A stretch of 63,824 nt of DNA, filler included, from Acidimicrobiia bacterium (GCA_041619515.1; 4 parts of 4 records of this genome joined end to end with filler, not necessarily neighbours in it), one strand, 5' to 3'; shown: positions 48,236 to 58,342, counted from the first letter of the whole stretch. The notes: generated by a model from the sequence alone, not told the origin. Made by a program: numbers and translations.

Positions 48236-48591
48236 CTGCGGCGGATGTCTTGCAGTTGCGCCAGCACGTCGGGCAACAGCCGGGTGAGGCAGTGGCACTG
48301 CTCTGTCGGGCTGGCCCCGCCTGCTGCGGCGAGCTGCTCGACATCCCGGGCTATGGCGGTCATTCCGAGCGCTCCCACCTGTCCGCTGGTCGACGCCAGG
48401 TCGTGGGCGAACCCGGCTGCCCTGGTGTGGTCGCCGGCCGACACGGCCTGCTGGAGGCCCGCCAGCAGCCGGGGGGCGCGCTCCAGGTAGGTGTCGATGA
48501 CAAAGGTCACCAGGTCGGAGCCTTCCCCCACTTCTGCCAGCTGCTGCAGGTACTCGGGGTCGATGCGACCGGATGGAACCGGTGGTGTCAC
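48214..48591 (-). CDS. Stand-alone Hpt domain protein
   Basis: FAHDLASTSGQVGA histidine-phosphotransfer motif in a 125-aa helical protein. Confidence 0.8.
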   Translation of the reverse strand: MTPPVPSGRIDPEYLQQLAEVGEGSDLVTFVIDTYLERAPRLLAGLQQAVSAGDHTRAAGFAHDLASTSGQVGALGMTAIARDVEQLAAAGGASPTEQCHCLTRLLPDVLAQLQDIRRSYAPSNR

Positions 48592-48968
48592 GCCGCCTCG
48601 GGCATGTTGTCGAGAGCTTCGGCCAGCTGATTGATGGTGAGGGGTTTGGTCAGCACGGTGTCGATGCCGGCGTTGCGGAACCGCTCGTAGTCGTCGGCCA
48701 TGGCACTGGCGGTCACGGCGATGACGTACGGCTGGTTGACGTCGTCGCCGAGGGCCCGGATGCGAACGGTGGCCTCGACGCCGTCGAGCCCTGGCATGCG
48801 AATGTCCATCAGCACGACGTCATAGTCGGACGAAGTGACGGCGTCGATCACGCCGTGCCCGTCCTCGGTGACATCGGCTTCATGTCCGAGCCGGGCGAGA
48901 AACGCCAGCAAGACCTTGCGGTTGACCAGGTTGTCCTCGGCGATGAGGATGCGCGTGGAACTGTCCAT
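48588..48968 (-). CDS. Single-domain response regulator (receiver only)
   Basis: ILIAEDNLVN, LMDIRMPGLDG, AVTA, TKP. Confidence 0.9.
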   Translation of the reverse strand: MDSSTRILIAEDNLVNRKVLLAFLARLGHEADVTEDGHGVIDAVTSSDYDVVLMDIRMPGLDGVEATVRIRALGDDVNQPYVIAVTASAMADDYERFRNAGIDTVLTKPLTINQLAEALDNMPEAA

Positions 48969-49043
48969 CGATGACTGTTTCGGCCTCCGTGAGGGGCGTC
49001 AGGAGCGATTTCTCGCCGGCTTCCGGGCCGTTGCATCGGGTTG

Positions 49044-49070
49044 TGTAAAGGGAGCGTAAAGCCGGGTAAC
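49044..49070 (-). promoter_or_regulatory. Second copy of the TTTAC direct-repeat motif
   Basis: Minus strand GTTACC-N4-TTTACG-N5-TTTACA in the divergent intergenic region. Confidence 0.5.
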
Positions 49071-49145
49071 CAGAGAGCAATACTGCGGAACGTTGTGCGC
49101 GCTGCGGTCGATACGTTCCTCACTACCAACGAGGAGCAAGAAACA

Positions 49146-49367
49146 ATGACGATTCGCAACATCATCGGAATGGCCGCCCTGGTGCTCACCCTCATGGCCG
49201 TGACCATCGTTCCCGCCATTGCCGGACATGCCGGACGCGCGACGTCGGCCACTCCGGCCCTCATCCCGACCACGCAGACGACCATCATCGTCGATACCGG
49301 GATCATCGAGTCCGAAGACGGCCGGGTGGCCATCAGCGCCCTTGCACTCAGCGCGGTCGGTGACTGA
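49146..49367 (+). CDS. Small secreted protein
   Basis: GAGGAG RBS; signal peptide with AIA cleavage site; 73 aa. Confidence 0.6.
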   Translation: MTIRNIIGMAALVLTLMAVTIVPAIAGHAGRATSATPALIPTTQTTIIVDTGIIESEDGRVAISALALSAVGD

Positions 49368-49570
49368 CCAGCCAACCCGGCTGCGACCGGTCGGGCTTGT
49401 GGCAAACCAGCGGCACGAGATCCGGGAAATGCTGGAGACACGGGACCGCTGACGGCTTCCAGGTATGAAACGTCTCCCGAGAGGGAACCTACCTAGTGAC
49501 GGACGGTGGTGGACAAGATTCCACTGCGCTTCTTGCGCCGAAAACGCAAGACGTCCCAGGCGACACGAGG

Positions 49571-49821
49571 AGGAGTTCTGGCAACGGAAGCCACGGTGAT
49601 CGGCGCACGGTCAGACCACTTCGCCTTCTGTGTGTCCGGCATCCCATGCGGAGGCCTGTTCACCGGTGCCGAGGGCATCGAGACGGCGGCTCAGGCAGCC
49701 GAGTGCGGCGGCACCGAAGGTGAGCAGTACGACCCGTGCTATCACCTGGCGTGTGACACGTTCGACAACAACAGCAACACCGCGCTCGGCCAGATGTCGG
49801 ACGCGGCCGCGTTCGCCATCC
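49571..49821 (+). pseudogene. C-terminal fragment of an M28 aminopeptidase
   Basis: RSDH..F...GIP.GGLFTGAEG...YDPCYH..CDT; no N-terminal part upstream. Confidence 0.65.
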
Positions 49822-49921
49822 NNNNNNNNNNNNNNNNNNNNNNNNNNNNNNNNNNNNNNNNNNNNTTAATTAATTAANNNNNNNNNNNNNNNNNNNNNNN
49901 NNNNNNNNNNNNNNNNNNNNN
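49822..49921. other. Artificial contig linker
   Basis: N run flanking TTAATTAATTAA. Confidence 0.97.
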
Positions 49922-50924
49922 CCGGCCCGCGGTCGAACACCTCCTCGCGTGCCTCTCCGGTGATGGCGGCCAGCAGGCTGGCGATGGCGACCTCGACCTG
50001 TCCGTCGTCTGGCTCGCGGGTCGTCAGCCGCTGCAGCTCGATGCCCGGACGAGACATGAAATGCAGCCAGGGCTTGGCGTCGGAGAGTTTGAGAACCTCG
50101 TAGGAAATCCCGGCGATGACGGGAATCAGGACGATCCGGCTCATGATCAGCCAGAAGACATTGGGCTCGAAGACTCCCACCAGGGTGAACACGAGGACGG
50201 AGAGGAGGACCACCAGGAGGAGAAAACTGGTTCCGCAGCGGGGATGCATCGTCTGATACTTCTGGACGTTCTCCACCGTCATCGGGTCGCCGGCCTCATA
50301 CGCGTAGATCGACTTGTGCTCGGCGCCGTGATACTGGAACACCCGCCGTATCTCGCCGGATAGGCCGATGAGCCAGATGTAGCCGACCAGGATGGCAACA
50401 CGGATGACACCCTCCGCCACGTTGAACACGACTGCGTTCGGCCCGCCCGAGAGGTTCTCGACCAGCCGGGCTCCGCCGAGAGGAAGGAGCATGAACACGC
50501 CGATGAAGAACACGATCGCCAGCGACATCGCGATGGCCAGATCGGCGCGGCTCAGCTCGGATCCCTTCTCCAAACGTCGCGTGGCGCGCCGCCGGCGCCA
50601 GCCTCCCAGCGGGCCGCCGGCATTCTCGGCGATCCCAATCAGCCTGGCGGTTTCCCTGGCATCCTCCTCGGTCGACGCGATCTGCGCCGACCAGGTGAGC
50701 GCCCGGAATCCGAGATTGAGTGATTCACCGAGGACCATCACCCCCCGCACGAAGGGAATGCGCGCCAGTCGCGAACGCGACGACAGCCGCGGCAGCGGAT
50801 CCTGCCGGGTCTCGATTTCGCCGTCGGGTCGGCGTACCGCCACCGACCACGCCTGGGGGCTGCGGATCATCACCCCTTCGATGACGGCCTGACCGCCGAC
50901 GGTCGAGCCAGGCGGCTGGCTCAT
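49922..50924 (-). CDS. DUF1385 membrane protein (3' truncated)
   Basis: GGQAVIEGVM, FQYHGAEHK, HPRCGTSF, QRLTTREP; follows rpmE. Confidence 0.9.
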
Positions 50925-50928
50925 GCGG

Positions 50929-51369
50929 TTACTCCGTGGCAGGGGCCGACGCGTCGGCTTCGGCGGGTGGTGCGTCGGCGGGTGCCTCGGCCTGTGCCTT
51001 GGAGGTGCGCTCGACCTTGGCCGCCTCGGCCGCCTTCTCCTTGGGGGTGCGACGGGTGCGGATGGGCTTGGCGGCGCCCGCCTTGGCGGCAGAGGTCGGC
51101 TTGCTGACTGCTTCCTTGATCTTGGCGGAGGCAGCCCGCTTGGCTCGCTTGGCTTCTACTGCCGAGGTGTCGGTCTTCTCAGTGCGCTTGCGAAAGCGTT
51201 CCACCCGGCCACCCGAATCGACCAGCTTCTGACGACCCGTATAGAACGGATGGCACTCGTTGCACAGCTCGGCGGTGAGTGTCTCCCGCGTTGAACGGGT
51301 GACGAACTCGTTTCCGCACGAGCAATGGACGGTTGTCTCGACGTATTCGGGGTGGATATCTGTCTTCAC
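50929..51369 (-). CDS. rpmE: 50S ribosomal protein L31 with Ala/Lys-rich C-terminal extension
   Basis: [30 protein letters not shown]. Confidence 0.95.
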   Translation of the reverse strand: MKTDIHPEYVETTVHCSCGNEFVTRSTRETLTAELCNECHPFYTGRQKLVDSGGRVERFRKRTEKTDTSAVEAKRAKRAASAKIKEAVSKPTSAAKAGAAKPIRTRRTPKEKAAEAAKVERTSKAQAEAPADAPPAEADASAPATE

Positions 51370-51384
51370 GAGCTTCGCCCTTCG

Positions 51385-52833
51385 TCAGTTGCCGCTCTTC
51401 GCCACTTCGGCGAGGAACTCGGCATTGGATTTGGAATCTTTCAGCTTGTTGATGAGCAATTCGAGGGCGGGCGCCGATTCGAGCGCCAGCAGAACCCTTC
51501 GCAGCTTCCAGACCTGCTTCAGCTCGTCGGGATCGAACAACAGCTCTTCCTTGCGCGTGCCGGAGGCCTGGATGTCGATGGCCGGATAAATCCGCTTGTC
51601 GGCCAGGCTGCGATCGAGCCGTACTTCCATATTGCCGGTGCCCTTGAACTCCTCGAAAATGACCTCGTCCATGCGGGACCCGGTCTCAACGAGAGCCGTT
51701 CCCATGATCGTAAGGCTTCCACCCTCTTCGATATTCCGCGCCGCCCCGAAGAACCGCTTCGGTGGGTACAACGCCTGCGAATCGACGCCACCGGAGAGGA
51801 TCCGACCCGAGGCGGGTGTAGCCAGGTTGTGCGCCCGAGCCAGGCGGGTAATGGAGTCGAGGAGGATCACGACGTCACCTCCCATTTCCACGAGTCGCTT
51901 GGCCCGTTCCAGGGCCAGCTCGGACACCTGCGTGTGTTCCTCGGCGGGACGGTCGAAGGTTGAGTACACAACCTCACCCTTGGTGGACCGCTGCATGTCT
52001 GTGACCTCTTCGGGCCGCTCGTCCACCAGAACCACCATGAGGTGGCACTCGGGGTTGTTGACCGCCAGCGAGTGGGCAATCTCCTTGAGCACAGTGGTCT
52101 TGCCGGCCTTGGGAGGCGAGACGATCAGGCCACGCTGTCCCTTTCCAATCGGGGAGATCAGGTCCATGATGCGAGCCAGCGAGTCGTTGCTGTCGTCGTC
52201 GCGTTCCAGCCGGAGCCGGATGTCGGGAAACAGCGGCGTCAGGTTCCCGAATTTGGGTCGAGACCGTGCCTCATCCGGATCCATGCCGTTGGTCTTGACC
52301 ACCCGCACGAGGGCGGCAAACTTCTCCTGCGAACGCGGTGGCCGCACCGGCCCCTCGATGAGGTCCCCCTTGCGAAGCCCGAACTTGCGGACCTGGTTGG
52401 CGGGAACATACACGTCCTGCTCCCCCGGGAGGTAGCCGCCGACGCGCAGGAACCCGTAGCCCTCGGGAAGGATGTCAAGCAGCCCCTCCCTGACTTCGAG
52501 CTCGCTCTCGTCGATCGGCTCCTCACGTTCGCGCCCGCCGCGCTTGCGATTGCGCTTGCGGGGAGTCCCGTCACGATTCGAACCACCGTCGCGACCGGAG
52601 CCGCCACCGGAACGGGATTTGTCTGATCCCCGCCCGCCGTTGCTATCGGTCTTCTTTTCCGCGGTGGGGAGCTCTACCGGCTCCGGCTCTTCGCTCAACT
52701 CGAAACCATCCGAGCCGAGGATGGCGGCGATGAGCTTCGACTTCTGGAGGCCGTCGGGTTCGACGCCGACCGATGAAGCGATGGTGCGGAGGTCTTCGAG
52801 GGACTTGCCCTGGAGTTCGGCTCGTGTCGTCAT
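51385..52833 (-). CDS. rho: Transcription termination factor Rho
   Basis: [39 protein letters not shown]. Confidence 0.96.
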   Translation of the reverse strand: MTTRAELQGKSLEDLRTIASSVGVEPDGLQKSKLIAAILGSDGFELSEEPEPVELPTAEKKTDSNGGRGSDKSRSGGGSGRDGGSNRDGTPRKRNRKRGGREREEPIDESELEVREGLLDILPEGYGFLRVGGYLPGEQDVYVPANQVRKFGLRKGDLIEGPVRPPRSQEKFAALVRVVKTNGMDPDEARSRPKFGNLTPLFPDIRLRLERDDDSNDSLARIMDLISPIGKGQRGLIVSPPKAGKTTVLKEIAHSLAVNNPECHLMVVLVDERPEEVTDMQRSTKGEVVYSTFDRPAEEHTQVSELALERAKRLVEMGGDVVILLDSITRLARAHNLATPASGRILSGGVDSQALYPPKRFFGAARNIEEGGSLTIMGTALVETGSRMDEVIFEEFKGTGNMEVRLDRSLADKRIYPAIDIQASGTRKEELLFDPDELKQVWKLRRVLLALESAPALELLINKLKDSKSNAEFLAEVAKSGN

Positions 52834-53035
52834 TGGTTTCCTTTGCTGCTGCCGAGAGAATTCGGGCATGCGCCAAGCGTGAGTGCACGTGAGTGCTCAA
52901 CGGCCGGAGCGCTGGGGTCGAGCTGTGGACGGAAGGTCCGGTTTCTATCATAGATGCTCGACGCATTTGAGCCAACCACACAGGCCGGTCCCCTATTCCA
53001 TCGGCCGCCGAGCCCGGCTGATTGAGCCGTCCGCG

Positions 53036-54442
53036 CTAGCCGGCTCCCGATGCGGCTTCGTCGATGAAGGCTTTCACCGCATCGAGATCATTCGGGAGAA
53101 CGTCGTATTTCTCGGCCAGACCGTTGAGTGCGGTGATCCGGGTAGGGGCAATGGGCCGCTCGCCGAGCGCCGCCTCGACCGTCTCGGGAAACTTGGCCGG
53201 GTGGGCGCAGGCGAGCATGACCAGCGGGACCCTGGGGTCGTCGCGCAGCTTCCGTCCGATCCCGATGCCGACTGCCGTGTGCGGGTCTACGACCAGCCCG
53301 GCCTGTTCGTACACCTGCCGGATGACCGCCCGCGTCCCTGCGTCATCCAGTCGGTCGGCGTCGAACAGCTCCTGGTAGGCCTCGAGCACGTCCCCGGCCA
53401 GCTCGACATGACCCACCCGGCGGAATTCATCGATGAGGGAAACGATGGCGGCCCCATTGCGACCAGAGAGCTCGAAGAGCAGGCGCTCGAAATTCGAGCT
53501 GATCTGAATATCCATCGCCGGGCTGCTCGACGGTATGACCTCGTGGATCTGCAGGAGGCCGGTTTCGAACGCCCGGCTGAGAATGTCGTTGACGTTGGTG
53601 GCGAGTATCAGTTGGCCGATCGGGACTCCCATTTGGCGGGCAACGTGACCGGCATAGATGTTCCCGAAGTTGCCGGTCGGCACAGAGAAGGAGACCGGGG
53701 TAGCGGGAGCACCCAACGCAGCGGCGGCCGTGACGTAGTAGACGGTCTGCGCCATGACCCTCGCCCAGTTGATGGAGTTGACCGCCGACAGCGCCTTTCG
53801 CTTCCGGAAATCCACATCGGCGAACATCGCCTTCACCAGGTCCTGACAGTCATCGAAGGTCCCCTCGATCGCCAGGTTGTGGATGTTGGGTGCGTCGACC
53901 GTTGTCATTTGCAGGCGTTGAACATGCGACACCCGGCCATGCGGATGCAGCATGAACAGCTCGATCCCGTCCCGATCACGGACTGCCTCGATGGCGGCGG
54001 AACCGGTGTCGCCGCTGGTGGCGCCGATGATGGTGACCGCAGTTGAGCGCGTGGCCAGCTCCCGCTCGAACAGGTTCCCCAGCAATTGCAGCGCCACGTC
54101 CTTGAAGGCCAACGTAGGGCCCCAAAACAGCTCCAGCAGCCACTCTCCCTTCGTCTGGTCGAGCACCCTCAGGGGGGCAACATCGGGATGGTCGAATCGC
54201 CGGTAGGTGCGGGTGACCAGTTCGGCGAACTCGTCCGGCTCGTAGTCGGGAACGACGAAGGGAAGCATCACCTGTGCCGCCACGTCGGCGAAGCGTTGGT
54301 CGGCGTATGTGCGCAGCTCTTCCTCGCTGAGGGTGGGAACCACTTCGGGCACATACAGGCCACCGTCCGGGGCGAGGCCCTCGAGCAACACGTCGGCGAA
54401 GCCCCGCCCCTCCACACCGCCCCGTGTGCTCCGGTATCTCAC
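53036..54442 (-). CDS. thrC: Threonine synthase
   Basis: YRSTRG, GLAPDGGL, GPTLAFKD, ATSGDTG, NSINWAR, VPTGNFG, AHPAKF. Confidence 0.95.
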   Translation of the reverse strand: MRYRSTRGGVEGRGFADVLLEGLAPDGGLYVPEVVPTLSEEELRTYADQRFADVAAQVMLPFVVPDYEPDEFAELVTRTYRRFDHPDVAPLRVLDQTKGEWLLELFWGPTLAFKDVALQLLGNLFERELATRSTAVTIIGATSGDTGSAAIEAVRDRDGIELFMLHPHGRVSHVQRLQMTTVDAPNIHNLAIEGTFDDCQDLVKAMFADVDFRKRKALSAVNSINWARVMAQTVYYVTAAAALGAPATPVSFSVPTGNFGNIYAGHVARQMGVPIGQLILATNVNDILSRAFETGLLQIHEVIPSSSPAMDIQISSNFERLLFELSGRNGAAIVSLIDEFRRVGHVELAGDVLEAYQELFDADRLDDAGTRAVIRQVYEQAGLVVDPHTAVGIGIGRKLRDDPRVPLVMLACAHPAKFPETVEAALGERPIAPTRITALNGLAEKYDVLPNDLDAVKAFIDEAASGAG

Positions 54443-55734
54443 AGGTTGGGTGTCGGCCCGGTGCCTTCGACACGGATGACGGCAGCGACGTTGCGCACGA
54501 CTTCCAGGGACCGCAGCGCCGCCACGCTGGCCCGCTGGCGCCCCTCCTCGTGGGAATGCGTCACCAGCAGGAGCGTGGCTCCGTCATCCTCTCCCTCCTG
54601 CCACACCGACTTGATGCTCACATCGTTGTCGCCAAACACCCCGGCCACCTGGGCGAGCACGCCGGGCCGATCGACCACCTCGAGCCTGAGATACCAGGTG
54701 GTCGAAATCGACTCGAAGTCGAGCACGCGGCCCGGTTGGAACCTGATGGGGGGCGCCACTTCCGCCCCGGCCAGCAGCTCCCGGGCGGCGTCGACGACGT
54801 CACCCAGGACGGCGGTGGCGGTGGGTGCTCCACCGGCCCCGGGACCCGCAAAGAGCAGCTCGCCAAAGCTGGGGCCCTCGACGTACACCGCATTGGTGGA
54901 GCCGCGAATGACCGCCAGCGGGTGGGCGGCCGGCACGAAGGTGGGGTGGACGCGCACGCTGATGCCGCCGGGCAGGTTCTCGGCGACGGCAAGCAGCTTG
55001 ATGACGTAGCCGAGCTCCCCGGCGATGCGGACATCGGTGGCGTCGACCGCGTCGATGCCCTCGGTGTACACCCGATCGAGCGCCACCCAGGTCCCAAACG
55101 CGAGGCTGGCGAGAATGGCGGCCTTGGCGGCGGCGTCGGCCCCCGAGACATCCGCCGCCGGATCGGCCTCGGCATAGCCGAGCTCCTGAGCCTCGGCCAG
55201 CGCCTCCTTGAATTCGGCTCCTTCCTCGCTCATCTTCGTGAGGATGTAATTGGTCGTCCCGTTCACGATCCCGAGCACCCGGTTGATTTGCTCGCCGGCC
55301 AGAGTCTCCGAGAGCGGCCGGATGATGGGGATGCCGCCTGCCACAGCCGCCTCGAACAGCAGTGGAACGCCGGCTTGCTCGGCGATACCGATGAGCTCCT
55401 TGCCCCGGGCGGCGATGAGCGCCTTGTTGGCGGTGACGACCGGCTTGCCGGCCCGAAGGGCGGCCGCCACCAGGTCTCCGGCCGGATCTTCACCGCCCAT
55501 GATCTCGACTACGAGCTGGACCTCCGGATTGTCGACCACCTCGGTGGGATCGTCGGTCAGCACCCCGGCGGGGAGCGCGACCGATCGCGCCCTGGCTTTA
55601 TCACGCACCGCCACCTTCACCACCTCGATCTCGAGGCCGGTCTTGGTGGATATGGACGCGTTCTCGTCGATCAGCTTGTGGAGGAGCGCTCCACCAACCG
55701 TGCCGAACCCGAGGATCCCGATGCCGACTCGCAT
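54439..55734 (-). CDS. hom: Homoserine dehydrogenase (ACT domain)
   Basis: GFGTVG, VTANK, EAAVAGGIP, NGTTNYIL, GYAEADP, DRPGVL. Confidence 0.95.
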   Translation of the reverse strand: MRVGIGILGFGTVGGALLHKLIDENASISTKTGLEIEVVKVAVRDKARARSVALPAGVLTDDPTEVVDNPEVQLVVEIMGGEDPAGDLVAAALRAGKPVVTANKALIAARGKELIGIAEQAGVPLLFEAAVAGGIPIIRPLSETLAGEQINRVLGIVNGTTNYILTKMSEEGAEFKEALAEAQELGYAEADPAADVSGADAAAKAAILASLAFGTWVALDRVYTEGIDAVDATDVRIAGELGYVIKLLAVAENLPGGISVRVHPTFVPAAHPLAVIRGSTNAVYVEGPSFGELLFAGPGAGGAPTATAVLGDVVDAARELLAGAEVAPPIRFQPGRVLDFESISTTWYLRLEVVDRPGVLAQVAGVFGDNDVSIKSVWQEGEDDGATLLLVTHSHEEGRQRASVAALRSLEVVRNVAAVIRVEGTGPTPNL

Positions 55735-55822
55735 AGGACGCGATGGTAGGGGCTTGCGACGGCGGCGGAGCGTTTTCGCAGCCTGCCCGCGCATGCCAAC
55801 CTGGAGCGGGCAGAAGACGCGC

Positions 55823-55856
55823 CAGAGGAGCGCCCGTTCTCCCGGACGCTCCTCTG
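55823..55856 (-). terminator. Candidate attenuator hairpin upstream of hom
   Basis: 14-bp stem CAGAGGAGCGUCCG-GGAGAA-CGGGCGCUCCUCUG (one G-U pair), 23 nt after the leader stop; weak U tail. Confidence 0.55.
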
Positions 55857-55879
55857 CTGTGGCGAGGCCCCTTGTTTGC

Positions 55880-55963
55880 CTACGAGATGATGATTCCGGC
55901 GGCGGCAGCTGCGGCAATGAAGGCTGCGGCTGAAGCGAGTGCCTGTCGGATTGCGATGGTCAT
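55880..55963 (-). CDS. Putative leader peptide MTIAIRQALASAAAFIAAAAAAGIIIS
   Basis: 27-codon ORF with 6 Ile (ATC ATC ATC near the stop) and 12 Ala, between the CPBP gene and hom. Confidence 0.55.
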   Translation of the reverse strand: MTIAIRQALASAAAFIAAAAAAGIIIS

Positions 55964-56072
55964 GCCGGATACATCGTCGGGACATCGAATCCCCCGAGAC
56001 ACAACCAACCGGGTGCCGAACGGACTAGTCCGCGTGCCCCGGGTCCGACTTGCTGCTCCGTACCGTGGCGGC

Positions 56073-56846
56073 TCAGCCCCAGCCGTAGCGGACGATGTAG
56101 GCGATCACCACGTCGGCGGCGAGGTGAACCAACACGGGAGCGGCCAGACCGTCCGAGCGGATCCTGAGCCAGCCGAGGGCGCCCCCGTACACCGACGCCA
56201 TCGCTACCCCCCACCAGCCGCTCGGGATGCCGTTGAGGTGGATGGCTCCAAAGGCGAGCGAACCGAGAACGACCGCGGTGACCGTCCCGAGCGGCAACAG
56301 TGCTTGGAGGACGATTCCCCGGTAGATGAGCTCCTCGGCGGCTGAGTTCAGGATGGCGAAGACCAATGCGGCAATCGGGAACAGCCACCAGGGAATCCGC
56401 TGTGCCTGGTCGATCACCTGGTCGAGGGTCGAGAGCTCGCCCGCAGCATGTCCGAGGCGCGGTTGGGAACCAGCCCACACCGCCAGTGAGGTCCCGGCCA
56501 CGATCACCGTGCCCACCATCACCGCAATCACCGCCGGGCTGAGGGTTCCGCGCCGTAGCCAACCCTGGCGGGATCGGAGGGACGGCCGGGCCAACAGCAC
56601 CGATCCGGCGGCGGCTGCTGCCACCCACACCGTTGACACGGGGAGGCCCGCCGTGCCCACGATGACGAGCCCGACGGCTGCCAGCCAGGTTGCGTCCTCG
56701 TGGCGGCGACGCCGTGCGTCGACGAGGATGGCGGCCAGGATCCCGATTGGGGCCCAGCGCCACCCGCTGCCCAGTAGCAGCGACCCGACGATCAGCGCAA
56801 CGAGCGCAGCCAACACGAGAGAGGTAGGCCCAAGGTGTCGATCCAT
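56073..56846 (-). CDS. CPBP (CAAX/Abi) intramembrane metalloprotease
   Basis: AEELIYRG, FGAIH, HLAAD. Confidence 0.85.
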   Translation of the reverse strand: MDRHLGPTSLVLAALVALIVGSLLLGSGWRWAPIGILAAILVDARRRRHEDATWLAAVGLVIVGTAGLPVSTVWVAAAAAGSVLLARPSLRSRQGWLRRGTLSPAVIAVMVGTVIVAGTSLAVWAGSQPRLGHAAGELSTLDQVIDQAQRIPWWLFPIAALVFAILNSAAEELIYRGIVLQALLPLGTVTAVVLGSLAFGAIHLNGIPSGWWGVAMASVYGGALGWLRIRSDGLAAPVLVHLAADVVIAYIVRYGWG

Positions 56847-56944
56847 CGGCCTCACGTTACGGGGCGCATCGCGATGGTGGCGAGGCCGGGAGCACAGCGG
56901 CAGGCGGGCGAGGCGCTGCCCGGTGCCGCTCGGGCAATCGACCG

Positions 56945-58216
56945 CTACCGAACGTCGCGCTCCACGAGGTCGGCAAAGGTCTCCCGCCGCACCACCAGGC
57001 GAGCCGCTCCGTCTCGAACGAACACCACCGGCGGACGCAGGACCATGTTGTAGTTGGAGCCCATGCTGTGCCCGTAGGCACCCGTGACCGGTGTCGCCAG
57101 CACGTCGCCGACGGCCAGGTCGTCGGGCACCGCGGCGTCGTGAACGATCACATCGCCGGATTCGCAGTGCTTGCCGACGACCCGGACCCGGCGGTCCCGT
57201 TCGGCGGTCGTCGACCGTGGGAGGAAGGCTTCGTAACCGCTGCCGTACAGCACCGGCCGAGGGTTGTCGCTCATCCCACCGTCGACCGACACGAACGTGC
57301 GCACCCCGTCAATCGACTTGATGGTGCCCACCCGGTACAGGGTGATGGCGGCTTGTGCGACGATGGAGCGCCCCGGCTCGGCCAGAATGCGTGACTCGAT
57401 CCCCGCCTCGGCGCAGGCCATCCTCACCGCCCCCGCCCACTCGGTGATCGAGGGAGCGGACTCGCCCTCGACATAGGCCACCCCCAAGCCCCCACCGATG
57501 GAGAACTCGGCTGCGCTCGCCCGCCGAACCAGCGGGGCCAGTGTTCCCACGGCCTTGACGAACGAATCGACGACAAACACCTGGCTTCCGATGTGGGCGT
57601 GGATGCCCGCCAGGTGCATGGCGGGCGAGCCGGCGGCCCGATCAATAGCTGCCTCTGCCGCCCCTCCCGCCAGTCCGAAGCCGAATTTGGAGTCGGCGGC
57701 GCCGGTCTGCAGATACTCGTGGGTATGGGCATCCACGCCGGGGTTCACCCGGATCAGGACCCGCGGGGCGGGAACACCGTCGGCGACGATTGCCTCGATG
57801 CGGTGCATCTCTTCGAAGGAGTCCACGACAATGCGCCCAACACCGGCTTCCAGGGCCGTTTGCAGTTCCAGCTCCGACTTGTTGTTGCCGTGCATGACGA
57901 GGCGGTCGGCGGGAACACCGGCGTGAAGGGCGACGTGAAGCTCTCCGCCCGTGGCGACGTCCAGATGCATCCCCTCTTCATGGGCCAGTTGCGCCATGGC
58001 GGTGCAGAGAAACGCTTTGGTGGCATAGGCCACGCCGTCGCCGAAGGCGGTCACTGCCTCGCGACAGCGGGCCCGCATATGGTCATCGTCGTAGACGAAC
58101 AGCGGAGTGCCGAACTCGTCGGCCAGGTCGAGCACGTCACATCCGGCCACGGACAGGCGGCCGTCGGTCGCGATCGCGGCATTGTCGGACAGAAGTGAAA
58201 TCGGAAGTGCGCTCAT
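56945..58216 (-). CDS. lysA: Diaminopimelate decarboxylase
   Basis: FGTPLFVYD, YATKA, HGNNKS, SKFG, HIGSQ, EPGRS, HCESGD. Confidence 0.95.
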   Translation of the reverse strand: MSALPISLLSDNAAIATDGRLSVAGCDVLDLADEFGTPLFVYDDDHMRARCREAVTAFGDGVAYATKAFLCTAMAQLAHEEGMHLDVATGGELHVALHAGVPADRLVMHGNNKSELELQTALEAGVGRIVVDSFEEMHRIEAIVADGVPAPRVLIRVNPGVDAHTHEYLQTGAADSKFGFGLAGGAAEAAIDRAAGSPAMHLAGIHAHIGSQVFVVDSFVKAVGTLAPLVRRASAAEFSIGGGLGVAYVEGESAPSITEWAGAVRMACAEAGIESRILAEPGRSIVAQAAITLYRVGTIKSIDGVRTFVSVDGGMSDNPRPVLYGSGYEAFLPRSTTAERDRRVRVVGKHCESGDVIVHDAAVPDDLAVGDVLATPVTGAYGHSMGSNYNMVLRPPVVFVRDGAARLVVRRETFADLVERDVR

Positions 58217-58342
58217 GGAGTGGCTATTGAAGCGGCTCGGGGCGTGGCTGTGGAATCGGACACGTCGCGGACACGTCGGGGCCACCCGGTGCAAATGGGG
58301 ATGAGAAGCCGATTCGGACTTCGCACGGGCAATAATCTGCCA

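Noticed and set aside
52834..52955. C-rich rho leader with a GCACTCACG repeat
   Set aside because: Compatible with ordinary Rho autoregulation; too weak to call an ncRNA.
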